Assembly (NCBI GenBank): GCA_041492755.1
Contig: JBGPXN010000017.1
Coordinates: 1 to 45,675, forward strand
Length of the DNA stretch: 45,675 bases
Origin: Candidatus Methylomirabilia bacterium
GTDB taxonomy: Bacteria > Methylomirabilota > Methylomirabilia > Rokubacteriales > CSP1-6
Direction of reading: 5' to 3'
Below the pieces are notes generated by a model that was not told where the DNA came from, did no database searches, and saw nothing but the letters and a program-made list of their open reading frames with translations. How positions within the stretch are numbered: position 1 is the first letter of the stretch; each line of letters starts with the position of its first letter. The position numbers and the translations under genes are program-made. Below, piece by piece: positions 18,389 through 27,047 of this stretch.

Positions 18389-18840
18389 AGGCGGATCACC
18401 GTGATGTTTCGCATCTTGGCCACGATCTCGTTCGTGCCGTCGGTGATGGTGGTCTCGCGGACGACGAAGGCCATCGGGCCGCTGCGTCCGTCCTTCTCGT
18501 AGATGTCGAGGATCCTCGCGCGGCACAGGTAGGTGTGACCGGGCTGGAGCTGGCCGTACAGCTCGAACTCCTGCTCGCCGTGCAGGAGGCGCGAGATGTC
18601 GGTGCCGAGGTCGCGGAGCATGGCCGCGGAGTCGGCCCGCTCGTCGCGGAACGTCACCGCGAACGTCGGGGGCGCGATGACGTCGCCCCATTCCGACGCG
18701 CGGCCGACCTCGTCGTCGAGATGGAAGGGGTTGGCATCCCCGAGCGCGCGGGCGAACTCCTTGATCTTGCCCCGCTCGACGGTCACCGGGTAGGGCGGGT
18801 ACTCCTTGCCGACGATGCTCTTGTTGATCTGGATGGGCAT
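18385..18840 (-). CDS. MaoC N-terminal/FAS1-like dehydratase subunit (HadA-like)
   Basis: VERGKIKEFARALGDANP, APPTF, LLHGEQEF. Confidence 0.9.
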   Translation of the reverse strand: MPIQINKSIVGKEYPPYPVTVERGKIKEFARALGDANPFHLDDEVGRASEWGDVIAPPTFAVTFRDERADSAAMLRDLGTDISRLLHGEQEFELYGQLQPGHTYLCRARILDIYEKDGRSGPMAFVVRETTITDGTNEIVAKMRNITVIRL

Positions 18841-19235
18841 CAGGCCTGTCCTTTCTTCATGGCGCGCTCCATGAACGTTGCCATGTCGCTCACCAGGTAG
18901 CGCTCGTGCCGGCCTTCCGCGATCTTGTCTTGGGCGTCCCACGCCTCGACCGAGAACAGGAAGCGGCGGCCATCCGTCTCCAGCAACGTCGCGGTCGCCC
19001 GCACGGTCATGCCCAGGGGCGTGGCGGCGAGGTGGCGCATCTCGACCATGGTGCCGACCGTGCCCTGCCCGGGGGCGAGATGCGGGTGGAGGGCGGCAGC
19101 CGCGGCGTTTTCGAGGAGCGCGATCACCCACGGCGTTGCCAAGACTTTGGCGCCGGGGTTGCCCATGCTGTCGGCGGTGCGATCGGGGGTGACCGTCATC
19201 GTCGCGTCGGCGGTGGCGCCGGGTCGGATGTCCAT
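18840..19235 (-). CDS. Hotdog thioesterase (fluoroacetyl-CoA thioesterase FlK-like)
   Basis: VLATPWVIALLENAA, TVGTMVEMRHLAATPLG, EGRHER. Confidence 0.88.
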   Translation of the reverse strand: MDIRPGATADATMTVTPDRTADSMGNPGAKVLATPWVIALLENAAAAALHPHLAPGQGTVGTMVEMRHLAATPLGMTVRATATLLETDGRRFLFSVEAWDAQDKIAEGRHERYLVSDMATFMERAMKKGQA

Positions 19236-19246
19236 GGCGAGCGTTT

Positions 19247-19984
19247 TTACCCCGAGCCGAACAGGAACTGCAAGCCCAGGAGCACGAGGAACACCTCGAC
19301 GATGGCCAGGAACACGCGGTCACTCATGCGATCGAGGAGCTGCCGCGCGAACCAGGAGCCGGCGAACATCGTGAGGCCCAGCACCACGCCGATGGCCACG
19401 GCGTCCCACGTCAGCACGGCGAAGGCTGCGAACGTCAGGCCCCGGGTCAGGTGCATGACCCCCGCGCACACGGCCTCGGTCCCGATGAAGGCGCCGCGGC
19501 GCAGACCGTAGGCGAGAAAGAAGGGCGCCACCACCGGCCCCGTCGTCACCACGATCCCCGACAGGACGCCGAAGCCCGCGCCCACGAACGGGAAATATCC
19601 CAGCCGGATCTGAAAGCGCCCCGACATGAGCACGCGTCGGAGCACGACGGAGGTCAGCAGGAAGCCGCCGATGACCAGGCGCAGCCGTTCGCTGCGCGCC
19701 CCGGCATAGAGGGCGGCCCCCAGCGCGGTCGAGGGCACGGCGCCGATCAGGAAGCGCACGACCACCGCGCCGTCGATCTCGTGGCGGCTCCACCAGATGC
19801 GCGAGAGGTTGCCGACGAGCATGGTGACGGTGAGGACGGGGCCGACGGCGCGGACGCCGAGCGTCCAGGTGACGAGCGGCAGGAGGATGAGGCCGGTGCC
19901 GAAGCCTGCGACACCGCCGATGGTCGAGCCGACGACGGCGCCAGCGATCAGCACCGCCCAGCCGGCGGGGTCGGGCCAGGTCAT
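19247..19984 (-). CDS. TauE/SafE (TSUP) family membrane protein
   Basis: GGVAGFGTGLILLP motif, ~8 TM helices in two repeats. Confidence 0.88.
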   Translation of the reverse strand: MTWPDPAGWAVLIAGAVVGSTIGGVAGFGTGLILLPLVTWTLGVRAVGPVLTVTMLVGNLSRIWWSRHEIDGAVVVRFLIGAVPSTALGAALYAGARSERLRLVIGGFLLTSVVLRRVLMSGRFQIRLGYFPFVGAGFGVLSGIVVTTGPVVAPFFLAYGLRRGAFIGTEAVCAGVMHLTRGLTFAAFAVLTWDAVAIGVVLGLTMFAGSWFARQLLDRMSDRVFLAIVEVFLVLLGLQFLFGSG

Positions 19985-20007
19985 CCGTGACATCATACGG
20001 CACCGTC

Positions 20008-21183
20008 ATGTCCCGCTGGATCGCCGCCGCCGGCGTCGCCGTCGTCTCGCTCGACTCGATGCTCAACATCGCGCTCCCGGCGATGGCCGCCGCGTTCGCC
20101 ATGCCCCCGGAGCAGGTGCGCTGGGCGATCGTGTGCTACGTGTTCACGTACGCGATCACGTCCTTCGCCGGCGGCGCCGCCGGCGATCGTCTCGGTCACC
20201 GCCGCGTGTTCACCGCCGGCGTGCTCCTGAGCGCCCTTGGCTTCGCCGTGTGCGGCGCGGCCCCCGCGTTCGGCTGGCTGCTCGTCGGACGCGTCGTGCA
20301 GGGGTTCGCGGGCGGGCTGGTATACGGAACCGCGCCGGCGCTGGTGACGCTGGGCGCGGATGCGAGCGAGCGCGGGCGGCGGCTCGGTTTCCTCAACGCC
20401 GCCATCGGCGTTGCCTTCGCAGTAGGGCCGCTCGTCGCCGGCGTCATCGTGGATGCGCTCGGCTGGCGGTGGGTCTTTCACGTCCGCGTTCCGCTCGCGC
20501 TCGCCACGTTCGTCTGGACGTCGATGAGCCTGCCCGCGACGCGGGGCGGGACGCGCTCACGCACGGTGACGCTCCCCGACCTCATCCGCCGCCCCGTGTT
20601 GCACGCGTGCGCGCTCGCCTTCCTCGCCAACGCCGGCATCTTCGCCATCTGGCTGCTGGCGCCGTTCTACCTGGTCGAGCGTCGCGGACTCGACGCGTCC
20701 ATCGGTGGCGTGCTCTTCATGCTCACGCCGCTCGGCACCGCGGTTGGTGCGCCGGTGGCGGGGTGGCTCACCGATCGCGTGGGGCCGCGGTGGCCGATCA
20801 TGATCGGTCTCGTCTTGGAGACGCTCGGCCTTCTCGCGCTCGCCGGCGCGGGACCCAGCACATCGCTGGCGGTCGTGGCCGGAGCGCTGCTGGCGGCGGG
20901 GCTCGGCATCGGCGTGTTCCAGGTGCCGTTTATGGCCTTCGTGATGGCGTCGTTCCCCCCGGGCCAGCAGGGGGCGGCCGGCGGGCTCACCTTCATGGCT
21001 CGCACGCTGGGCGTCGTCGCGGGCGTGCTGATCCTTGCTGAAGTCTTCGCGGTTGGCCGGACGGCGCGCGGCGTCGACCGGGCGTTCTCCGAGGCGTTCC
21101 TCGTGGCCGCCACTGGCGTCGCGCTGGCGGCGCTGCTCGCCAGCACGATCCAGGCTGGCCGGTCGAACAGGCCCAGAGGCTAG
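20008..21183 (+). CDS. MFS transporter (drug:H+ antiporter-like)
   Basis: LDSMLNIALP, GAAGDRLGHRRVF motif A, GRVVQGFAGG, GWLTDRVGPR. Confidence 0.9.
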   Translation: MSRWIAAAGVAVVSLDSMLNIALPAMAAAFAMPPEQVRWAIVCYVFTYAITSFAGGAAGDRLGHRRVFTAGVLLSALGFAVCGAAPAFGWLLVGRVVQGFAGGLVYGTAPALVTLGADASERGRRLGFLNAAIGVAFAVGPLVAGVIVDALGWRWVFHVRVPLALATFVWTSMSLPATRGGTRSRTVTLPDLIRRPVLHACALAFLANAGIFAIWLLAPFYLVERRGLDASIGGVLFMLTPLGTAVGAPVAGWLTDRVGPRWPIMIGLVLETLGLLALAGAGPSTSLAVVAGALLAAGLGIGVFQVPFMAFVMASFPPGQQGAAGGLTFMARTLGVVAGVLILAEVFAVGRTARGVDRAFSEAFLVAATGVALAALLASTIQAGRSNRPRG

Positions 21184-21767
21184 CCGGTGCGCCCCATCAC
21201 GACAGTTCGAGCGCGGATACCTCTGCCGTATCCGATTCAAGACAGTGGACGCGAGCGTTGCTGGGGATGAGCGGAGAGGGCTATGATGCGGCACTTCGGG
21301 AGCCACGACGATCGGCAAGGTGAAGGGGCTGTTTGGTCACGACGACGTGAGCAGTTCTCTGATCTGTGGTTGCCGGACATGTGGACCACTCAGCGCGACG
21401 ATCGTTTCTACTGGCACATTCGTGTGCATCAGGAAGGCGCGCGGTATACCCCGACCTCGGAATTACCCCCGACCGCCTGAGACCACATCTTCAACGGGGC
21501 TTCCCGTGGCACACGCCCGAAATATTGCGCAGCCCCTGCTCGGAGGAAGAGTGGTGGGAACAGTTGCTTCCCGTACTTGCCGGTGTGCGGCGGTCTGGGG
21601 CGGGAGACGTTCGGCAGCACAGCAATTGGAACGCGACCTCAAATCCGGGTTTAATGCTCGGGTGCCGCATTCACGGACCGTCTCAGCGGCCGGGCGGCGC
21701 AGGCCCAAACGCTGACGTTGGCAGCGGTCGACCTGGCGTGGCGGGCACAAGGGATCAGGAGGGTGGA

Positions 21768-21992
21768 GTGGCGAATCTGACAGAGCGAATCACAGTCGAT
21801 CCTGAGCAATGCGGGGGGCGCCCTTGCGTCCGCGGAATGCGTATCCGCGTCACCGATGTTCTCGACCTGCTGGCGAGCGGCCTGACGCCCGAACAGGTGT
21901 TGCGAGACCTCCCGGACCTGGAGCTTGAGGACATTCAGGCGTGCTTGCGTTTCGCGAGTCGGCGAGTTGATCACCCGATCGTCGCTAGTTGA
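21768..21992 (+). CDS. DUF433 antitoxin (VapB45-like)
   Basis: RITVDPEQCGGRPCVRGMRIRVTDVLDLLASG...LELEDIQACL; AGGAGG SD before the GTG. Confidence 0.92.
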   Translation: MANLTERITVDPEQCGGRPCVRGMRIRVTDVLDLLASGLTPEQVLRDLPDLELEDIQACLRFASRRVDHPIVAS

Positions 21993-22339
21993 GGATCTGG
22001 ATCGATGCGCAACTGTCCCCGGCCCTTGCCCCCTGGATCTCCGAGCATTGTCAGGTAGAAACGCACGCGATTCGCGACCGCGGTTTGCGCCACGCGAAGG
22101 ATCACGTGGTCTTTCGAGCGGCACGCGAGGCGGGCGTGATCCTCATGACGAAGGATGCCGACTTCCCCGACTTGCTCGCGCGACTGGGCCCGTCACCACA
22201 GGTGCTATGGATCACGTGCGGTAATACGTCGAACGCCCGCCTTCGTGAGGTCCTGCGGGACGCCCTGCCTACCGCATTCCAGTTGTTTGAGCGGGGGGAG
22301 AGCCTGGTCGAGATCGGTGACGTGAAAAGCGCCTCCTGA
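21989..22339 (+). CDS. DUF5615 PIN-like toxin (VapC45-like)
   Basis: MRIWIDAQLSP...D...LMTKDADF...PQVLWITCGNTSN; TTG start overlaps the antitoxin stop. Confidence 0.9.
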   Translation: MRIWIDAQLSPALAPWISEHCQVETHAIRDRGLRHAKDHVVFRAAREAGVILMTKDADFPDLLARLGPSPQVLWITCGNTSNARLREVLRDALPTAFQLFERGESLVEIGDVKSAS

Positions 22340-22443
22340 TCCGAGCAAAGCCTATACCCGTCGTGTCGTTCGACCGAATTCATGCCGCGCCTCTTCCGGG
22401 ACGAGTTGGAGCCCGGAGTCGACACGTGTTAGAAGGCCACGTC

Positions 22444-23637
22444 ATGCCTTCGGCCTATCGGTGGGCGGTCCTCGCCGTCACCGTCGTCGCGTTCATGCAA
22501 ACGCACATGCAGCGGATGGCGTTCGCGCCGCTCATTCCGACGTTCGTGAGCGACCTCGGGATCACGTACACGGCGGCGGGCACGATCCAGACCGCGTACT
22601 TCTGGACGTACGCGCTCGCGCAGGTGCCCATCGGCGTGATCGCCGACCGTTGGGGCTCGCGGCGCGTGATGGCCGTGTGCATGGGCCTGCTCGCGCTGGG
22701 CGCCCTCGCCTTCGCGTCGAGCGGAAGCTTCGCGGCCAGCATCGCCGCGCGCATGCTCGTGGGCCTGGGGGCGGCCGCCGTCTGGGTCCCGGGCATGCGA
22801 CTCGTCACCGAGTGGTTTCCGGCCCACGAACGGGCGCGTGCCGCCGGCCTCATGTCGGCGGGCGGTGGCATCGGCGGCACGCTCGGGCTCCTCGTCGTGC
22901 CGTGGCTCAGTACGTTGTGGGGGTGGCGCGTGGCCTACGGAGTCACCGTGCTGCCCGCCGTCCTCACGCTGGTCTTGATCGCCGTCGTGGTGACGGCGCC
23001 GCCCGCCGCCGCCGCCACCCCGCCCGCTCGCGGGAGTCTCCGCGCAGTGCTGGCCATCCCCGCGTTCTGGCCGCTCGGCGTGAACGTGTTCCTGTCGTAC
23101 GGTGGCTACTTCAGCTTTCTCACCTTTCTGCCCGCGTTCCTGGTCACGACGCTCGGCGCTTCCACGGCTCAGGCGGGCTCGATCACCGGGCTGATCACCG
23201 CCGGCACCATCGTGTCGTGGCCCCTGGCGGGCTGGCTCAGCGACTACCACGGCCGCCGCAAGCCGCTGTTCCTGGCCAGCCAGGTCGCGACCGCGGCCGT
23301 CTGCGCGTTCTTCGCGCTGGCGGCGCCGCGCCTCGATCTCGTGAGCGCGGCGGTGGGGGCGTTGCTGATCGGACTCCTCGTGGGCGGGACGATCCTGCCC
23401 TTCGTGTCCGCGGTGGAGCTGGTGCGGCCCGCCATCGCCGCGACGGCCTCCGGTGTCGCCAACGCCGCCTCGTTCGCGGCCGGGATGGTCTTTCCCGTGG
23501 TGCTCGGCCGTGTGGTCGACGCGACGGGTGGCTTCACGGTCGCCTTTCTGCTCGCGGCCGCGCTGCAGTTGGTGGCAGCTCTCGCGGGCGTCTTCGTCAA
23601 GGAGACGGGACGGACAAGAGTGAAGCCGACGACGTGA
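22444..23637 (+). CDS. MFS transporter (ACS/OPA-like)
   Basis: YALAQVPIGVIADRWGSRR motif A, EWFPAHERARAAG, GWLSDYHGRRK. Confidence 0.9.
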   Translation: MPSAYRWAVLAVTVVAFMQTHMQRMAFAPLIPTFVSDLGITYTAAGTIQTAYFWTYALAQVPIGVIADRWGSRRVMAVCMGLLALGALAFASSGSFAASIAARMLVGLGAAAVWVPGMRLVTEWFPAHERARAAGLMSAGGGIGGTLGLLVVPWLSTLWGWRVAYGVTVLPAVLTLVLIAVVVTAPPAAAATPPARGSLRAVLAIPAFWPLGVNVFLSYGGYFSFLTFLPAFLVTTLGASTAQAGSITGLITAGTIVSWPLAGWLSDYHGRRKPLFLASQVATAAVCAFFALAAPRLDLVSAAVGALLIGLLVGGTILPFVSAVELVRPAIAATASGVANAASFAAGMVFPVVLGRVVDATGGFTVAFLLAAALQLVAALAGVFVKETGRTRVKPTT

Positions 23638-23750
23638 AGCAACACGCGCGCGTGAAAGAGGTCGGCCGCGCGGTGTACCATCGACGCGCCCACCCCCGTC
23701 GGCCCCCGTTCCGACGCGGGAGGTCGGGGGTGTGGCAAGGAGGGATACGA

Positions 23751-24281
23751 ATGACCGTCGTCAATCCGCTTCCCAAGGAACGAGCCGCCGACGAGATCAA
23801 GCCGATCTACGACGACCTGACGAAGAACTTCGGCCGCATGCCCGCGTTCTTCGGCACCCTCGCGCATCGGCCCAACGTGCTCAAGAACGTGCTGGGTCTC
23901 TACGGCGCGATCATGAACGAGGGGACGGTCGAGCCGCGCTACAAGGAGCTCGCCTACCTCAAAACCTCGATCGCCAATGGCTGCGAGTATTGAACGCGCG
24001 CCCACTCCGCTTCGGCGAAGCGGATCGGGATCACCGACGAGCAGATCCAGGCGCTCACGTTCTATCAGCGCAGCCCGCTCTTCGACGACAAGGAGAAGGC
24101 GGTGATCCTGTTCGCCGATCGCGTGACCCGGAGCGCGGCCGTGATGCGGGACCCGGCCCTCGAGGATCTGCGCAAGCACTTCAGTGAGGACCAGATCGTC
24201 GAGTTGACCGCCGTGATCGCCATCGCCAACTTCACCAACCGCGTCAACGACGCGCTGCGCACCACGCCCGACATCGGGTAA
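23751..24281 (+). CDS. AhpD/carboxymuconolactone decarboxylase-like protein, probable selenoprotein (CxxU, Sec at codon 81), 176 aa
   Basis: AAGGAGG SD; ...YKELAYLKTSIANGCEY-[TGA 23991]-TRAHSASAKRIGITDEQI...FDDKEKAVILFADRVT...FSEDQIVELTAVIAIANFTNRVNDAL, TAA at 24279-24281. The family motif E-x-N-x-C-x-Y-C-x-x-x-H has its second Cys replaced by TGA. Confidence 0.88.
24006..24024 (+). promoter_or_regulatory. Putative bacterial SECIS element of the AhpD-like gene
   Basis: Perfect 8-bp stem TCCGCTTC-GGC-GAAGCGGA at +13..+31 after the UGA; loop starts with GG at +21. Confidence 0.72.
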
Positions 24282-24458
24282 CGCTGGCCCACGCACACGC
24301 TGCTCCGCGGGCAGGTCGGGTTCGAGCACGGCAAGGTCGTGGGCCGTCCATCCGGACGGTACGTTCGCCGACCCGTCGGCCTGCATCCGGCATTGGCCTG
24401 ATTTCGCTTTGCCCGGCGCTTCGCCGCGCCTATCCTCGCGCGGGGGAGGAGGAGCCGA

Positions 24459-25541
24459 GTGAGCGAGTTCGAGCCCGGCGACCCGGCCGGAGCGCCGGGC
24501 CCCGGCGTGGAGCCCGTCGCGCCGCCGTCGCCGTCGCCGTCGCCGCCGCCGCTCTGGCCGGGCGTCATCTTCTGGTTGGCGCTCGGCGCGGTATACGTCA
24601 CCGCCGAGATCTCCGGCGTGGCCGGAGACCTGCTCATGCCCGTCCCGTTGATGACGGCGCTCGCGCTGGCGCGCGTCGTGGACGCGAAGCTCACGTCGCC
24701 GCGCGCGCGCCGGCTGCTCGCGGTGCTGATGGCGGTGGGTTCCTTCGGCCTGGCCGGCTTCGTCTGGTCGCGCGGCCTGGGCCTGGTCGACCTCGAGCCC
24801 GGCCTGCTCATCGTGCTCCTCGTCGCCGTCGGCACGCTGACGCTGATCGGGATCGCGCGGCCGGTGCGAGCGCCGGTGTTTCGCGTGTTGGGGCTCGACC
24901 CGTCCTTGGCCGTTCACGCGGTCACCGCCGTCGCGGTGGTCCTGACGCTGGTCGGCTCGGTGCTCCTGTTCACCGCGCTGCAGGAAGAGCCCGAAGCGAC
25001 GATTCCCTTCTACCCAACGGAGCCGTTCACCTCCATCCTCGGAGACGCCGCGCTCGCGTTCGCCGGCGTCGGACTCTTCCTGGCCCGCGGCCCGCGGCAA
25101 TCGCTCGCGCGGCTCGATCTGCGCCGCCTCCGTCTCCGGCACGTGCTGGGCGCGCTGGTGGTGGCGGCCGCGTTCCACGTCGTCGTCGGCGCCATGGAGT
25201 ACGCGGAGAGCCGGCTGCTGCCGACGGTGCACGCGCTGGAGGAGCGCTTCCAGTACGAGTTCGTCGGCCTCCCACCCATCCTCGGGGGTGTCCTCGTGTC
25301 GATCGCCGCCGGGGTGGGGGAGGAGATGCTGTTCCGCGGCGCGCTGCAGCCCCGGCTCGGCGTCGTCATGACGTCGCTGCTGTTCGGGGCGGTGCACGTG
25401 CAATATCAGGTTCCGGGCATGCTGATGATCTTCGCGGTGGGCCTGGCCCTCGGCGTCCTGAAGCAACGCACGTCCACGACGTTCACGGCGTGCGTGCACG
25501 TGATCTACGATATCGGCGCGTTCGTGCTCCCCGACTTCTGA
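24459..25541 (+). CDS. CPBP (CAAX/Abi) family intramembrane glutamic endopeptidase
   Basis: GVGEEMLFRG, FGAVH, CVHVIYD motifs; many TM segments; GGAGG SD. Confidence 0.9.
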   Translation: MSEFEPGDPAGAPGPGVEPVAPPSPSPSPPPLWPGVIFWLALGAVYVTAEISGVAGDLLMPVPLMTALALARVVDAKLTSPRARRLLAVLMAVGSFGLAGFVWSRGLGLVDLEPGLLIVLLVAVGTLTLIGIARPVRAPVFRVLGLDPSLAVHAVTAVAVVLTLVGSVLLFTALQEEPEATIPFYPTEPFTSILGDAALAFAGVGLFLARGPRQSLARLDLRRLRLRHVLGALVVAAAFHVVVGAMEYAESRLLPTVHALEERFQYEFVGLPPILGGVLVSIAAGVGEEMLFRGALQPRLGVVMTSLLFGAVHVQYQVPGMLMIFAVGLALGVLKQRTSTTFTACVHVIYDIGAFVLPDF

Positions 25542-25548
25542 GCTGGTT

Positions 25549-25846
25549 CGATACCGTGCAGAAGATGGTGAACGCGCTGGTCAAGGCCAACAAGCTGATC
25601 ACGAGCTCGTCGGGCGACGACATGGCGAAACTGCTGCCCAAGGAGCTGGCCGGCGATTCCAGGATTTACGCGGAGTCGTTCGAGCACGCACGGGGGGCGT
25701 TTCCACCGGATTCCCTCGTCACGCGTGAGGGCGTGGCCCGGGTCATCGAGACCATGCGGACGTTCGGCGCCGTGCCCGCGGACATGAAGATGTCGCCCGA
25801 GAGCCTGTTCGACAACACGTTCGTCCAGAAGGCGCTGGCCAGGTGA
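25549..25846 (+). pseudogene. 5'-truncated remnant of a NitT/TauT (SsuA/THI5-like) ABC substrate-binding protein
   Basis: DTVQKMVNALVKANKLI...LFDNTFVQKAL resembles the C-terminal end of that family; no signal peptide or N-terminal lobe; begins right after the CPBP stop. Confidence 0.55.
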
Positions 25847-25850
25847 CGCG

Positions 25851-26224
25851 GTGAGGAAGACGGCACAACCTCGCGGCCAACATCGCCTTCGTCGGCGCCT
25901 GCGAAGTCGGCCGTGATCGGCATGAAGCTCGGCCCGCCCCTGGAGACGATCGTCGGCGTGTTCAATGCCGGAAACGCGCGCGGGTATCACACTGAAGTGA
26001 AGCTCGTTCGCTTCGTGCTCTCGCGGCAATGGAACGCCGGCGCGCCGGTCGCGATCTTGCGGAAGGATACGAAGCTGGCGCTCGGCCTGGCCGATCGTGC
26101 TCGCGTCCGCGCTCACCTCGGCCGGGCCGTGTTCGGCTATCTCGAGCGCGCGACGCGGAAGGACTGGGCGCGGCGGGACTACAGCCGTCTGATCGAGTAC
26201 CTGCGTCGCGACCCGCGGCCCTAG
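25851..26224 (+). pseudogene. Remnant of a 3-hydroxyisobutyrate dehydrogenase/6PGD-family oxidoreductase (C-terminal helical domain only, frameshifted)
   Basis: HNLAANIAFVGACEV [frameshift ~25910] VIGMKLG..LETIVGVFNAGNAR...ILRKDTKLAL...RDYSRLIEY; no Rossmann GxGxxG domain. Confidence 0.6.
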
Positions 26225-26242
26225 CCGCCGGCGGGATGGCGG

Positions 26243-26845
26243 CTAGGCGGCGGGGCGCGGCAGGCGCTCGTCGAGCAGCCGAATGATCTGATCCAGGCGT
26301 GAGGCGGCGCCGTCGAAGCCACTTGTCATGCCGCCCGTCATCGCGTCGACGCGGCCCGCCGTCGCGTCGAGGCGGCCAGTCATTGCCTCGAAGCCTCCGG
26401 CCATTGCCCCGACTCGTCCGGCCATCGTGTCGAAACTCCCGACCAGCGCGCCGACGTGTCCAGCCACCGCGTCGAGGCCTCCGGCCATCGCCTCGAGACC
26501 CTCGGCCATGGCCCCGAGGCGTCCAGTCATCGCGTCGAGGCCGCCGGCCATTCCATCGAGGCCACCACCCATTCTGTCCAGCCCGTCGGCCATTCCGTCG
26601 AGGCGTCCGGTCATCACATCGAGACGCGGGAGCGCTTCACCACGGAACTCCGTGACCGACGACCGGGTGGAAGCGGTGAGGCCCGAGATCAACGTCAGGA
26701 TCACGCCGACGGCACCGAGCACCAAGCCGAGGTCGCGCAGCACGCCGAGCGCTTCGAGGATTGCGACGAGGATGGTGAAGGCCCCGCTGATCAGCGTCAC
26801 GGTCCACCAGATGTTCCAGTACGGCGGCCGGGTCATGCGCGCCAT
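26243..26845 (-). CDS. Membrane-anchored heptad-repeat (coiled-coil) hypothetical protein
   Basis: Two N-terminal TM segments, then 14 heptads of the type LDxMxGx; start 26845 or 26836. Confidence 0.75.
   Translation of the reverse strand: MARMTRPPYWNIWWTVTLISGAFTILVAILEALGVLRDLGLVLGAVGVILTLISGLTASTRSSVTEFRGEALPRLDVMTGRLDGMADGLDRMGGGLDGMAGGLDAMTGRLGAMAEGLEAMAGGLDAVAGHVGALVGSFDTMAGRVGAMAGGFEAMTGRLDATAGRVDAMTGGMTSGFDGAASRLDQIIRLLDERLPRPAA
26330..26623 (-). repeat. Degenerate 21-bp coding tandem repeat (14 units)
   Basis: LDVMTGR LDGMADG LDRMGGG LDGMAGG LDAMTGR LGAMAEG LEAMAGG LDAVAGH VGALVGS FDTMAGR VGAMAGG FEAMTGR LDATAGR VDAMTGG. Confidence 0.85.
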
Positions 26846-27047
26846 CGTTCGAGGATGGCGCGAATGGACGCGCTCTGCAAGCGTATCGCCGCGGATACGC
26901 ACGTTTACGCCGCACTCGCCGTGGTATGACTCGACCGGGTCTCGGCCCGGAGTTGACCTCGCGTCGGTGTGCTCTGACAATGTGCGTCATGCCCATTCGA
27001 TCCGACGTCTTCGCCGACCGCGGCCGTCTCACTCCTGAATTGATTCC

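Noticed and set aside
21214..21234. Inverted repeat CGGATAC-N7-GTATCCG at the islet edge as a mobile-element end
   Set aside because: No matching copy seen at the other edge, no target duplication and no transposase
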